This document shows, in pieces, positions 52,291 through 62,285 of a DNA stretch of 62,285 bases (positions within the stretch are counted from its first letter, which is position 1; each line of letters begins with the position of its first letter). The stretch is taken from NCBI GenBank assembly GCA_023129115.1, contig JAGMCR010000008.1, positions 1-62,285 of the forward strand. Direction: 5' to 3'. The notes under the pieces were generated by a model that was not told where the DNA came from, did no database searches, and was given only the letters and a program-made list of their open reading frames with translations. The translations under genes were made by a program, and so were the position numbers. This stretch comes from Candidatus Iainarchaeum sp. GTDB taxonomy: Archaea > B1Sed10-29 > WALL01.

Positions 52291-55200
52291 TTACCAGAAC
52301 TCTCCCCAGCTGTTCAGCTTAAGGGCCCATAGCGCGTAGTTGCTGCCGCTCCTGCGCCTTGTGCCGCCCACGGCGAGGCCCCCGTCGCTGGTCTGGGCAA
52401 CGCCCTGGCCCTCGTCAGAGCCACCACCATCGTAAATTTGGTCCCACATGTAGTTGCCGCCCAGGTCAAGCTTCAGGACAAGGACGTCCGCCGCCGCGGT
52501 GCCGACTATCACGTAGCCGTCACTCACGTTGGTGATGGCCGCCCCAATGTCTGTGCCGGCCCCGCTGTCGAACGTCGTGTTCCACACCTCGTTTCCACTC
52601 GTGTCCACCTTGATTGCCCACACGTCAAAGTTGGTCCTCCCCGTGATGACGTAGCCGCCGCCGTTGGCGTGCGTTATGTCAAACCCATGGTCTGTGCCTG
52701 CGCCGCCGTCGAAAGTGCTGTTCCAGACGTGGCCGCCCGCCGAGTTGGCCTTCATGACGAGGAACTTGTCGTTGCTCATCCCCCCGATTATGAAGTCAGT
52801 CCCGTCCAGTATTATGGAGTAGCAGTAGTCATGGCCCGCGAAGTGGTGGGTCTCGTTCCACATCTGGGTGCCGTCGGTCTTGTTCAGCTTCAAAATCAGC
52901 ACGTCTGCGTCTCCGCCGGCGTTGAACACGTGCCCGCCGACGACGTACCCGTCAGCCGCTTCGACAGAGCCCCACCCAACGTTGTTGTCCCACCCACTGT
53001 AGAACAGTGACTCCCACTCCTTGCCGCCGGTGCTGTTCAGCTTGATGGTCCACACTTTTGTGTCGAACCCAAAGTTCACTTTCGCGTACCCGGTGACGAG
53101 ATAGCCGCCGTCACTGGTCTTGGTGATGGCACGCGCGCTGTCGGCATAAATGTCTTTGTCGAAGGTGCTGCTCCACACCTCGTTGCCGTCGTCGTCCAGC
53201 TTGTAGACAATCATCTCGGTGTCGATGGGGGGAGTGTTGTCTATCACTTTCTCCCCGGCAATGACCATGCTCCCCTCGGCAATGTCCCAGCCAGCGTCCT
53301 CCATCGAGCTCGGCGTGAGCATAACGCTCCACGTCGGGTGCGGCGGGGCGCACGAGCCGTGCCAGCAAATCGGCCACTGGCCCATTCCAATATCCGCAGT
53401 GGGCAAGGCGATGGCGGTCGTCGTCGTGACCCCAGTCACGTCAGTGGAGTTAGCGATGAACGTCATGTTCCACGACGTCGTCAGCGCAGCCGTGCTAACG
53501 TCACTCGTCCTGTCGCTGTACTCGCTGCAGTTCACGCAGTCGCCGTTCCTGTCCGTCTTAATCAGCCAGCCGTTGTAGAACGCGTCGGCGTAGTCGCCAG
53601 TCTCCGCAGCGATTATCATCCCCCCGTCGTCCGTGGCCTCCACGTCATACGTGTAGCCCTCTGGGTCACCATCGCCGTACTGGTTTGCCCACTGAAGGGT
53701 TCCGCTTGAGTCAACTTTCATTCCCAAAACCGCAGGGTCGACATCAGTGCCAAGCTGGCCCGCCACCACGTACTCCGTGCCCGAAACGTCAATCGAGCCA
53801 GTGCCCGACCCGAAGTCAAGCCGGTTTGATGAGTTATAGTAAGCGTTCGCCCACTCAATCAAGTTGGAGTCGTTCAGCTTCAGGACAATTCCGCCATCGT
53901 CACCGCCTGGCCCCGAAGCAGCCCCCATGTACCCGCAAACCACGTAGTCGTTGTTGCTGTCCTTCGCAATCCCGCCGGGGGACACGAAGTCATTGTTGTC
54001 CACATAAATCGCGCTCCACTCGACCCCGCCGCTCCAGTTGAGCCTCAGCAGGAACATGGACGGCGTCGTGTTTGACATGTATGGGTAGCTGTCCGCCTCA
54101 CCGGCAATCATGAAGTCGCCGCCCGGCGTCTCGACCACGCCCCACCCGCGCTCGTAATTGTTCCAGCCCGGCACCCCGTTGTCGGGCTCGCCGTACCTGT
54201 ACGCCCACGACACGACGCCCCCACTGGTCACCTTGACCGCGAACACGTCGAAGTCACTCGCGGCAACCACCGCCTCGCCGACCAGCAGGTACCCGCCGCC
54301 GCTGTACTCAATCACTTCATGGGCCTGCTCTATAGTCCCCACCTTTCCGTACGCGTTCGCCCAGCTTACCGCGCCGTCCTCGTCCAGCTTTATGAGGAAA
54401 GCGTCCCCACTGCCGGCACCGTAGCTGGCGGTGTACCCCGCGAGTATGTACCCACCGTCCGTCGTTTGCTTTATGGACTCTACGCGGTCCTCGCTTGCCC
54501 CGCCGTACTCCTTTGCCCAGACAACGGTCCCGTTGCTCGTCATTTTAGCGACCGATATGTTTGCAGGGCTGCCCCACCTGCCGGCGACTATGTAGCCCCC
54601 GTCATCAATCTGCTGGATTGCATATGCCACATCGAGTTGAGCGTTCAAGCCATACTCCCTCATGAAGTTCTGGACCATGTCAAAGTCCTGCATCGCGCTC
54701 GTGGACCACTGGTCCGCAGTGTCGTTCGCCTTGACGTAGTACCTGAACACCCCAGCCATGCCCGGAGTGAACGTCGTCTCCCACACGTTCCCCCCGATGC
54801 CCGCCATGGACCTGTTCGTCGAGCCGTCGTCCACCCACGCACTGTCGACGTCAATGTCGTCAGTGATTGTCGAGTTCACCGACACAGCCAGCCCGCACAT
54901 AATCTCGCCGCTGCTGTTGTCGAACACATTCCAGATGACCGGCGGGTTGTCCCTCACGTGGAACCAGTAAGTCCCGTTCGTGTTGGTGTGGCCCGCCGTG
55001 TCGTTCGCCCACGCGTAATACTGCACCAGCCCCCCAGCGGTGGCGTTAATTGTGACCGCGAAATTGTCCCCACCAGCCGGCGCCATTGCATAGCCCACCA
55101 TGCCGCCGGTGATGTTCGTGAAGAGCTTGACAGTGTCGAGGTCGCCGTCCGCGTCGGTCACTGTTGCAGTGAAGTTAACGTCCGTCAAGGGGTCCACAAG

Positions 55201-55632
55201 CCCACCAGTGTCCTCGCCGATGAAAGTAATCATTGGGACGTGGCCGGTCCCGACCGCCGTGCAGTTGCCGCCCATCAGCGTAATTGCAGTCGCCGTCCCC
55301 TCCCCCCAGAACAGCATTTCGCAGAATGGCGGCGCGCTCGTCGTGCACGTCGCACTCTCGCCCGGCGCCAGCGTCGTCAGTACCGGGAAGTCGCACGTAA
55401 TCCCCGACACAGTGTCCAGCCTCGCCAGCTCGATGTATTCCTCGCCCATGTTCGTCACGAGGAACTTGCCCGCGTCGACGTCCACCGGCGTCACGCTTAT
55501 ATCGACAAAAGTGGCCTGCCGTGGCGCGGACACGTCCTGCCCCGCCGCCCAAAAATAAATCCCCATCGCGGCCACCACCGCAACCGCAATCAGCAGCACC
55601 GTCGCAACAACCGGATTAATGCCATGCTTCAT
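52291..55632 (-). CDS. Large surface protein with class III (pilin-type) signal peptide and beta-propeller repeats
   Basis: MKHG/INPVVATVLLIAVAVVAA; repeated T.DGGY...G..D.W.IK.D..G...W. Confidence 0.85.
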   Translation of the reverse strand: MKHGINPVVATVLLIAVAVVAAMGIYFWAAGQDVSAPRQATFVDISVTPVDVDAGKFLVTNMGEEYIELARLDTVSGITCDFPVLTTLAPGESATCTTSAPPFCEMLFWGEGTATAITLMGGNCTAVGTGHVPMITFIGEDTGGLVDPLTDVNFTATVTDADGDLDTVKLFTNITGGMVGYAMAPAGGDNFAVTINATAGGLVQYYAWANDTAGHTNTNGTYWFHVRDNPPVIWNVFDNSSGEIMCGLAVSVNSTITDDIDVDSAWVDDGSTNRSMAGIGGNVWETTFTPGMAGVFRYYVKANDTADQWSTSAMQDFDMVQNFMREYGLNAQLDVAYAIQQIDDGGYIVAGRWGSPANISVAKMTSNGTVVWAKEYGGASEDRVESIKQTTDGGYILAGYTASYGAGSGDAFLIKLDEDGAVSWANAYGKVGTIEQAHEVIEYSGGGYLLVGEAVVAASDFDVFAVKVTSGGVVSWAYRYGEPDNGVPGWNNYERGWGVVETPGGDFMIAGEADSYPYMSNTTPSMFLLRLNWSGGVEWSAIYVDNNDFVSPGGIAKDSNNDYVVCGYMGAASGPGGDDGGIVLKLNDSNLIEWANAYYNSSNRLDFGSGTGSIDVSGTEYVVAGQLGTDVDPAVLGMKVDSSGTLQWANQYGDGDPEGYTYDVEATDDGGMIIAAETGDYADAFYNGWLIKTDRNGDCVNCSEYSDRTSDVSTAALTTSWNMTFIANSTDVTGVTTTTAIALPTADIGMGQWPICWHGSCAPPHPTWSVMLTPSSMEDAGWDIAEGSMVIAGEKVIDNTPPIDTEMIVYKLDDDGNEVWSSTFDKDIYADSARAITKTSDGGYLVTGYAKVNFGFDTKVWTIKLNSTGGKEWESLFYSGWDNNVGWGSVEAADGYVVGGHVFNAGGDADVLILKLNKTDGTQMWNETHHFAGHDYCYSIILDGTDFIIGGMSNDKFLVMKANSAGGHVWNSTFDGGAGTDHGFDITHANGGGYVITGRTNFDVWAIKVDTSGNEVWNTTFDSGAGTDIGAAITNVSDGYVIVGTAAADVLVLKLDLGGNYMWDQIYDGGGSDEGQGVAQTSDGGLAVGGTRRRSGSNYALWALKLNSWGEFW

Positions 55633-56780
55633 TTCTTCACCTCTAAGTAAAACGCCGTAAGGCACGCCATCGGGATTACAACATTAATCGACGTAGCCAC
55701 CCACTCCATCAGCAACGCAACCCCTGCTCCCGAGGCAACAGCCACCACGCCCTCGACGATCATAAGGGACACTTCTATACAGGTCGTCGACACCACAATG
55801 ACCCCAAACAGCCCGATGAACAGGGCCAGGTTTGCCTTGACTGTGCGGTAGCTGTTCGCGAAGGCCTCGAGCACCTTCTTTTTTGACAGCAGTATGGACT
55901 GCGGCAACAGGGATATGGCCACAAGGTACGCTATTGCCAGCAGTGCCAGCAAGGGAAGCAGCGCAGCCACTGCCGCCGCAGCGTCGCCCAGCCCAACCAG
56001 CGCCGCCCCAACAGCGAGTGCCCCAGCCGCCAGCGGCACCATCCCCGCCAGCGCCGCCAGGAAGACGGGCTTGCTCTTCTTCACGGACTGCCTCAGCAGC
56101 TCCTGCAGCCCCCACTTCTTCTTCACCGCGAGCACAATGGACGTGACTGCGAACGCAGTCAGCAAAAACATCAGCAGCCCCGCCACTGCAGAGGCCGCCA
56201 GCACCAGTTCCTCTGGCGCCGCAATGCCACCGACGGCGTCGCGCAGGCCAAGCATGAGGAGAACGAACCCGAACGGCAGCACGAGCGACGCCGGCGCACG
56301 GGCATACGCCTTCCACGCGCGCTTGAGCGATGAGCCAATCACTGACCCCCCTCCCTTGCCGCTCATCTTTGCGAACAAAATTCCGCCCAACGACGTGAGG
56401 AATAGCCCGCTGACCCCCAGGGTGATGAGCATTTCCGTTGTATTGAGCGCCACCAGCCCAATGGACGTGCCTGCCACGAGCATGTAGGCGAAGAACAGCA
56501 CGGACACGCCCAGCGCCGTGATTATCCCACTCAGCGTCGACGCGGACAGCGCGCGGTCCACGCGGTCCTTGGCCTTCTTTCCCGCGAGATACGCGGCGAT
56601 GAACCCACCCCCCGTGAACGCCAGCGCAGCCAAAATCAGCATCAATATGGTCGTGGCATCGACATCGACCTGCACTCCGCTCTGCAGCGACGCCGCGGCA
56701 TAAGCAGTCAGTATAATGAGCATGAAGCCAGTGCCCAAAGAGCCCATCACTGCCGGCGGTAACACGTCCTTGAGCTTCAT
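55629..56780 (-). CDS. Multi-pass membrane protein
   Basis: About 10 hydrophobic helices; ATGA overlap with the adhesin gene. Confidence 0.78.
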   Translation of the reverse strand: MKLKDVLPPAVMGSLGTGFMLIILTAYAAASLQSGVQVDVDATTILMLILAALAFTGGGFIAAYLAGKKAKDRVDRALSASTLSGIITALGVSVLFFAYMLVAGTSIGLVALNTTEMLITLGVSGLFLTSLGGILFAKMSGKGGGSVIGSSLKRAWKAYARAPASLVLPFGFVLLMLGLRDAVGGIAAPEELVLAASAVAGLLMFLLTAFAVTSIVLAVKKKWGLQELLRQSVKKSKPVFLAALAGMVPLAAGALAVGAALVGLGDAAAAVAALLPLLALLAIAYLVAISLLPQSILLSKKKVLEAFANSYRTVKANLALFIGLFGVIVVSTTCIEVSLMIVEGVVAVASGAGVALLMEWVATSINVVIPMACLTAFYLEVKK

Positions 56781-56835
56781 AGCGCTAACCTAAACCACTC
56801 ACCCTTTTAAACATTGTGGGAGTAAGGAAGCGGGC

Positions 56836-58197
56836 ATGATAGAGCTCACAATGTGGGAGCTGCTTTTCTGGGGGTTTCTCCAGGCCTTTGCCGTTTCTCT
56901 CGTAGTGGCGAACACACTGCCCGGCCTAAAGGTAACAGGGCCCGTCGTGCTCTGGAAGAGCCGCAGGGGGCTCAAGAAAATCAATGCAATCGCCAAAAAG
57001 CACCACAGGCTCTGGGAGATTTACGGCGACTTCGGCATCATCCTCGCCTTCGGCATTGTGGGCGCGCTCTACGTATTCCGCAGGTCCCGGCGCAAGTGGC
57101 TGTACTCCCTCGCGGCGTCGCTGTTCCTCATGTCGCCGTCCATCTCAAATGCAGTAATATACCTGGTGACGGGCGAGCAGTACCTCACCACGAACACCCT
57201 GTTCGCGGGAGACCTGGTGTCCCAGCTCGCGCTGCAGGCACTGCTGTTGTTCTTCGGCTACTCCGTCTCCCTCGTCTACCTAATCATGCAGTCTGCCTTT
57301 GACATAGTGCTCGGCTACCTGACGGGCACAGCGGTCCAGGCCGCGGTCGCGCCGGCACTGCCGGGCATCGCTATCAAGGGCTCGCCGTTCCAAATCCCGT
57401 GGTACGGCTGGCTCGCGTTCCCAATACTCATATTCGTCCATGAATTAAGCCACGGAATACTCGTGAAGGCCACGGGCCTCCGACTCAAGGCCACAGGCCT
57501 TTTGATGTTCGGCGTGTTTCCGTTGGGCGCGTTCGTGGAGCCGGACGAGAAACAATTGAAGAAAGCGCCCGCCCAGAAGCGCCTGCGCATTTATTCGGTC
57601 GGCTCGACCGCCAATTACTTGACGAGCTTCGCGGTGCTGGCGTTCTTCATCCTCGCGATGGTGCCGGCGCTTGACGCGGCCGGCTACTACGACCGCTTTG
57701 AGTCCTACTACGACCACCCCACGATTGGCGGCGTGCTGGAGACGTCTGACGGCTACGGCCGCCTCGCCGACGGAATGAAAATCATTTCCATCAACGGCAC
57801 GAATGTCCCCAGCATCGCAGTGCTGCACAACATAACTTCCGGGGCAGGCCCGGGGTCATTGCTGTCCATAGCCACGGACCAGGGCACTTTTGGCGTGCGC
57901 CTAAGCAACGAGTCCATGATTGGCATCACTGGCCTGCAGGACACGTTCCACCCCATGCCGCTTGAGATGGACGTGGTGACGTGGCTCATCCGCTTCACCG
58001 CGCTCGTCGTGTTCTTTAACTTCATCGTGGGCGTCATGAACCTGCTCCCGATGTACCCACTGGACGGCGGGCTCATGCTCGAGGCGCTCACGTCCACAAA
58101 AATCGGCAAGAAAAAGGCGCGCAGAATCGCAAAGGCAGCCACAGTCCTCGTGCTCGCGCTAATTTTCATCAACATGCTGCCCTTGTTTTTCCCCTAG
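56836..58197 (+). CDS. Site-2 protease (M50) with PDZ-like insert
   Basis: HELSH, GAFVEPD, NLLPMYPLDGG. Confidence 0.93.
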   Translation: MIELTMWELLFWGFLQAFAVSLVVANTLPGLKVTGPVVLWKSRRGLKKINAIAKKHHRLWEIYGDFGIILAFGIVGALYVFRRSRRKWLYSLAASLFLMSPSISNAVIYLVTGEQYLTTNTLFAGDLVSQLALQALLLFFGYSVSLVYLIMQSAFDIVLGYLTGTAVQAAVAPALPGIAIKGSPFQIPWYGWLAFPILIFVHELSHGILVKATGLRLKATGLLMFGVFPLGAFVEPDEKQLKKAPAQKRLRIYSVGSTANYLTSFAVLAFFILAMVPALDAAGYYDRFESYYDHPTIGGVLETSDGYGRLADGMKIISINGTNVPSIAVLHNITSGAGPGSLLSIATDQGTFGVRLSNESMIGITGLQDTFHPMPLEMDVVTWLIRFTALVVFFNFIVGVMNLLPMYPLDGGLMLEALTSTKIGKKKARRIAKAATVLVLALIFINMLPLFFP

Positions 58198-58255
58198 TTC
58201 ACCATCACGACAAGGCGTATTAGTTTGAGTGGAGATGCTGCTGTTTGTTAGCTAG

Positions 58256-59386
58256 CTATTCCCAGAATGCTTTTTCCTCGCGCCACACGGTTTTGTTTAC
58301 TCCACTCTCTGTTGACTTTGTTATATAATACCGCCCATTACGGTATTCTAGATGTAGTTCCCCGCCAATCGGTCCGATTGTATGGCCGGGGCATGGCGTA
58401 ATGAAGCCGCGGCTTGTTTCCATTGTCCTTGCAAGCAACTTAACTTCCTCAAATTGCTCTGGAGTCATGTCCTCAAGGGGTGGCTTTTTCATTGAATGGA
58501 AAATGGTTTTGTGGTTCTTTTGTTCTTCTTCAGTGGCACGACGCGCCATAATCATGCCTGGTTTTTCCCCCCGTTCTTTTTCGTAGTTAATCTTGTCCAG
58601 CCACTCTTGGGTGTGACCGAGGTCTTTTCTTATCTTCAGTATGGACTCGCCACGAAACACATTTCCTTCAGCCACTACCCGGGGGTTTTCCTCAAGGAGC
58701 ATTCCCTCAGGGGTTGGTTTTCCGTCTCTGCCCACGAGCTGGATTTTATCACCTCTGGCATACCCCCCCTCCAAAACAGAGAACCCCACGTCTTCAGTAA
58801 ATATATGGGCCTCGCCTTTTGGCTTGAGAATCTCTACAACATTGTGCAGTCCTTTCACTTTTGGCAGTGGCGTATAAGTCAATCCACCACTGCGGGACAC
58901 GACCAAGTGAAAGCTCTCCTTGCCGAACTTTTCGAGCAGCTCTTCCGGACTCAATTGATAGTAGTTGTTTGCCTCTAACTGAATCCCTTTTTCATCAAGC
59001 CTCTTGTTTTCTTCGGCAATTAACTCCTTGAAGCGTCCTGGTGAATAAACGTCGGTGCGAATCACTTCTAGGTCAACGCCCTTCTTCTTGCACTTGTTAA
59101 CAAGTTCTTCAGGAAAGGTGCTTATGCCACACCCCTCAAAAAGCACTCTGATTTTTTCGTTCGGAAACCTTTTTTTCATTTCCTTGGTTAGTCCCACAAA
59201 ATCAGTGTTCAATACACTACACACGTCTACCAAGGATGACACGTCACGAACCTTAACCGCGACGTGCCTCTCACTCCCGCCTGTAGGCATCCTTCCATGA
59301 GTCCAAACGCGCCTGTTGGCACTCCTTTTTATTCCTTTAATGACCTTTCTTTCTTCAGCCGTTAGCGCATGCTTCCGTGGTGGCAT
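58256..59386 (-). CDS. Orphan protein with SAM-methyltransferase-like core
   Basis: IRVLFEGCG, FHLVVS, ILKPKGEA; lower GC. Confidence 0.6.
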   Translation of the reverse strand: MPPRKHALTAEERKVIKGIKRSANRRVWTHGRMPTGGSERHVAVKVRDVSSLVDVCSVLNTDFVGLTKEMKKRFPNEKIRVLFEGCGISTFPEELVNKCKKKGVDLEVIRTDVYSPGRFKELIAEENKRLDEKGIQLEANNYYQLSPEELLEKFGKESFHLVVSRSGGLTYTPLPKVKGLHNVVEILKPKGEAHIFTEDVGFSVLEGGYARGDKIQLVGRDGKPTPEGMLLEENPRVVAEGNVFRGESILKIRKDLGHTQEWLDKINYEKERGEKPGMIMARRATEEEQKNHKTIFHSMKKPPLEDMTPEQFEEVKLLARTMETSRGFITPCPGHTIGPIGGELHLEYRNGRYYITKSTESGVNKTVWREEKAFWE

Positions 59387-59425
59387 ACCCAGAATTAGGT
59401 ACCGAGGAGATAAAAAGCCTTTTGC

Positions 59426-59527
59426 CTAGCTGGCGTTCGCCTCGTACTCGGGCTTTATCGATTCTTCTGCCATGGCTATCCAGTCAACGCCTTCTTCTTC
59501 CTGCTTTTTCTCTTTTTTCTTTGCCAT
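59426..59527 (-). CDS. 33-aa peptide downstream of ftsZ
   Basis: MAKKKEKKQEEEGVDWIAMAEESIKPEYEANAS by manual translation. Confidence 0.4.
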   Translation of the reverse strand: MAKKKEKKQEEEGVDWIAMAEESIKPEYEANAS

Positions 59528-59567
59528 GGCTAGCCAACAAAAAAGTGTTGGAAGGGCTTCCCGCCCT

Positions 59568-60650
59568 TCACATTATGGAGTCAATTCCGAGGTCTGTCTT
59601 GCTGCTGGTCGTTGGCTGCTCGTCCATGCCGACCGTGCCGCTGGAGCCGCGGATGTGCGGCGACTGCACGCCGGTGAAGATGCCGATGACCTCAATCTTG
59701 CCCTCGTACTCCGGGATGATTCTCGAGCCCCAAATCACGCTCGCGCTCGGGTCGATTGCCTCGGTCAGGCGCTCGCCAATCTCGTTGGCCTCGCCCAGCG
59801 TCAGGTCCGGCCCGCCACTGATGTGGATGAGCGCGCCCTTGGCGCCGCGGTAGTCGACGTCGAGCAGCGAATTCTTGAGGGTGTCGCTCACGACTTCGTC
59901 CACGCGCCTGTGGCCCTTGGACTCGCCGACCGAGATAACAGAGACTCCGCCAGTGCTCATGATTGCCCGGACGTCAGCATAGTCCAGGTTAATCAGTGAC
60001 GGCACGGTAATCGTCTCCGTAATGCCCTTCACGGCGCGGGCAATCACTTCGTCCGCGACCGAGAACGCCTGCTCAATCGGCAGGTTCGGCACCAATTCAA
60101 CGAGGCGGTTGTTGTCGATTATAATAACGGTGTCGGTGACCTTCCTCAGCTTCTCAATCCCTTCCTCCGCCTTCTGGATTCTCGCGCGCTCGAGCAGGAA
60201 CGGGAACGTGACCATCGCAACAACGATGGCGCCCTGCTCCTTCGCGATGTCCGCCACGATTGGCGAGCTGCCAGTGCCGGTGCCGCCGCCCATGCCCGCC
60301 GTGAGGAACACCAGGTCGGCGTCCTCAAGCGCCTGCGAAATCGCTGCCCTGGAGACTTCGGCTGCCTTCGCCCCGACCTCGGGGTAGCCGCCTGCGCCCA
60401 GGCCTCGCGTCACGCTCTGCCCAATCAAAAGCTTCTTGACAGAGTCGTGGACAAGCGTCAAGTGCTGCTTGTCGGTGTTCAGCGCCACCAGCTCGGCGCC
60501 GCTGATGCCGATGCGGGCAAGCCGGTTGACGGAGTTGTTTCCTGCACCACCGCATCCAATGACCACAATCTTGGGGCCGTCAAAGTCATCACTGGGGGTT
60601 GGGGCCGGTGCGCTTGAGTAAGAAGTTGCTGTCTTCACTAGATTTTCCAA
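59568..60650 (-). CDS. ftsZ: Cell division protein FtsZ (FtsZ2-type)
   Basis: VIGCGGAGNN, GMGGGTGTG, INLDYADV; TTG start with GGGTGA SD. Confidence 0.98.
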   Translation of the reverse strand: MENLVKTATSYSSAPAPTPSDDFDGPKIVVIGCGGAGNNSVNRLARIGISGAELVALNTDKQHLTLVHDSVKKLLIGQSVTRGLGAGGYPEVGAKAAEVSRAAISQALEDADLVFLTAGMGGGTGTGSSPIVADIAKEQGAIVVAMVTFPFLLERARIQKAEEGIEKLRKVTDTVIIIDNNRLVELVPNLPIEQAFSVADEVIARAVKGITETITVPSLINLDYADVRAIMSTGGVSVISVGESKGHRRVDEVVSDTLKNSLLDVDYRGAKGALIHISGGPDLTLGEANEIGERLTEAIDPSASVIWGSRIIPEYEGKIEVIGIFTGVQSPHIRGSSGTVGMDEQPTTSSKTDLGIDSIM

Positions 60651-60728
60651 GAGGAATCACCCGCCATTTTTCTAACGGTGAAGTATTTATAGGTTTTGCC
60701 CACTCCCACGGGGTTTCCGCTAATTGCT

Positions 60729-61271
60729 TTATAAAGGAGCCACGCAGGCGAGCGCCGCGCGGACCGCCTGGGCCGGGGACTCCGAAAGCAGGCGAATCAT
60801 GGGCTCCTTCCCGACATCGCCCCTGTCGTAGACCGCGTCCGGCACCCCCCCCAATTTCTTGATTGCTTCCTCGAGCACGAACGAGACGCTCCTGCCCTCC
60901 AGCGCCTTGCTCCCGCTTGGCTCCCCGGCACGGTCCACGAACACCACCTTGAGCCCCCCCCGCCCCTCCAGCGCCTTCACGTTGGCCTCGGAGTACTTGA
61001 TGTTCATGGCGCACCGCTTCGACGCGTCGCGCTTCATCGCCTGCAAGGCCAGTTTTGCCATGTGCGACTCCACGCCAAACGCCGCCTTGAACGCCACGCT
61101 CGGCGTGCCGAACGCCTTCCTGATTCTCCCTGGGAACGCGGCCACGTCCTCCAGCCCCTTGGCGCCTTCTTTGGCGTAAGCGATGTTCATCCCGACCTCG
61201 GGAATCAGCCCGGCCGACTTCGGCGCGGCCTTGAGTTCCTTGAGTGCCTGGTCAAGGTCGTCTGTTTCCAC
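60729..61271 (-). CDS. thiN: ThiN-domain thiamine-phosphate synthase family protein
   Basis: LIPEVGMNI, DVAAFPGRI, FG..SHMA, D.G.VGKEPMIR. Confidence 0.88.
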   Translation of the reverse strand: METDDLDQALKELKAAPKSAGLIPEVGMNIAYAKEGAKGLEDVAAFPGRIRKAFGTPSVAFKAAFGVESHMAKLALQAMKRDASKRCAMNIKYSEANVKALEGRGGLKVVFVDRAGEPSGSKALEGRSVSFVLEEAIKKLGGVPDAVYDRGDVGKEPMIRLLSESPAQAVRAALACVAPL

Positions 61272-61306
61272 AACCGTTTTATTCCCCTTTCATGTTAATA
61301 AAACCC

Positions 61307-62224
61307 ATGCGGCTGACCGAGCTCGGGGAGCGTGCGATTGTGGAGAGGCTGCGCTCCCTCCTCCGCAACCCCCCCGAGAAACTAACAACGCTGCAAGAGG
61401 ACGCGGAAGTCTTCGACTTTTCCGGCCTGCTTACGGTGTCGGTGGACATGAACGTTGCGGGCAACCACTTCCAGTCCGACAACCCAAAAGTCATCGGCGC
61501 GAAGAACGTTGTTTCGGCCGCGACCGACCTATTGGCGAAGGGCGCGTTGCCCAAGTACCTCTTAACCTCCATTGGCCTGCCCGCGGACTACGGCATCGAG
61601 TTCGTCGAAGAGCTTTATTCCGCAATGGACTCCAAGCTGAAAGAGCTCGACGCCTTCCTCGTGGGCGGCGACACCGTGGAAGCCAAGGAATTGACAATCG
61701 CGAACACGTTCATCGGCCGGACAGAAAAAGCTCTTTTGCGGAGCAACATGCAGGCCGGCGACTACATTGTCTTGACCGGCGAAGTCGGCTCGGCCGCGCT
61801 GGGCTACACCATGTTCAAGAACAATCTCGTGCCCGAGGAGCCGTTCGTGCAAGCACAGCTTTCGCCTTCGATTGACTTCGAGTTGTGCAAGAAAATAATC
61901 CCGGGCGCGAACGCTGGGATTGATGTTTCGGACGGCCTTGGCTTCGAGCTGAACGAGCTCGCGAAGCAGTCGAACAAGAAAATAATAATCCACGAAGCAA
62001 AGCTCCCGGTGAACCCGCGCCTTTACTCGTACTGCGCCGAGCACGGCCTTGACTCTGACAAGCTTATTTTCCACAGCGGCGAGGACTACCAGGTCGTTTA
62101 TTCCACGCCCGAGAAAAAAGGCATCGTAATCGGCCGCGTTGAGGAAGGCAGCGGTGTTTCCCTCGTGCGAAAAAACGGCAAAGAAGAGCCGCTTAGCGAC
62201 GCTGGCTGGCAGCACTTTCGCTAG
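61307..62224 (+). CDS. thiL: Thiamine-monophosphate kinase
   Basis: ELGE, D.LA.GA.P, VGGDT, DVSDGL, GEDY, GWQHF. Confidence 0.93.
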   Translation: MRLTELGERAIVERLRSLLRNPPEKLTTLQEDAEVFDFSGLLTVSVDMNVAGNHFQSDNPKVIGAKNVVSAATDLLAKGALPKYLLTSIGLPADYGIEFVEELYSAMDSKLKELDAFLVGGDTVEAKELTIANTFIGRTEKALLRSNMQAGDYIVLTGEVGSAALGYTMFKNNLVPEEPFVQAQLSPSIDFELCKKIIPGANAGIDVSDGLGFELNELAKQSNKKIIIHEAKLPVNPRLYSYCAEHGLDSDKLIFHSGEDYQVVYSTPEKKGIVIGRVEEGSGVSLVRKNGKEEPLSDAGWQHFR

Positions 62225-62285
62225 ATTCTCAGTGTTTTTTCGTGCTTGGCTATCAACACCCCGTGGGGGGGGGGGGGGGGGGGGG

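Noticed and set aside
54319-55650. Long antisense or alternative-frame ORFs (e.g. 54319-55650, 35603-36637, 17015-18055, 39300-40325)
   Set aside because: Shadow ORFs of well-supported genes in GC-rich DNA, with no motifs.
62266-62285. Terminal poly-G run as a biological repeat
   Set aside because: Contig-end G homopolymers are a typical sequencing artefact.

Overview
GC-rich archaeal chromosomal segment. Gene content (RIO1, L40e, L35Ae, S8e, TFB, Gar1, Trm1, Hef, MBF1, FtsZ2, archaeal RibK, a BHB-intron tRNA) and many orphans suggest a DPANN-type lineage such as Iainarchaeota or Micrarchaeota; the lineage is inference. Housekeeping genes are interspersed with lower-GC accessory inserts. Main observations: (1) rnhB (RNase HII) is split inside its catalytic DEAGRGP motif by a 52-nt hairpin whose ends form a bulge-helix-bulge-like motif. 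Splicing at the BHB-predicted sites restores the frame and the exact motif, so this is a candidate tRNA-type intron in a protein-coding gene. It sits directly behind an overlapping free-standing LAGLIDADG endonuclease gene and a ~130-nt hairpin. (2) A ~8-kb island combines three KaiC-family ATPases, a double-V4R-like protein, three stand-alone small membrane proteins and a 26-aa peptide with a homocitrate-synthase-like/UbiA/cis-prenyltransferase operon, a candidate lipid-signal sensing system. (3) TA-like cassettes sit at duplicated 3' ends of hef and cutA. (4) There is a cargo-carrying degenerate transposon with TGCACAA repeats, a protein with six tandem HTH-like repeats, and dispersed palindromes that also occur in frame inside genes. 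All calls are from motif recognition by eye; no database searches were run.
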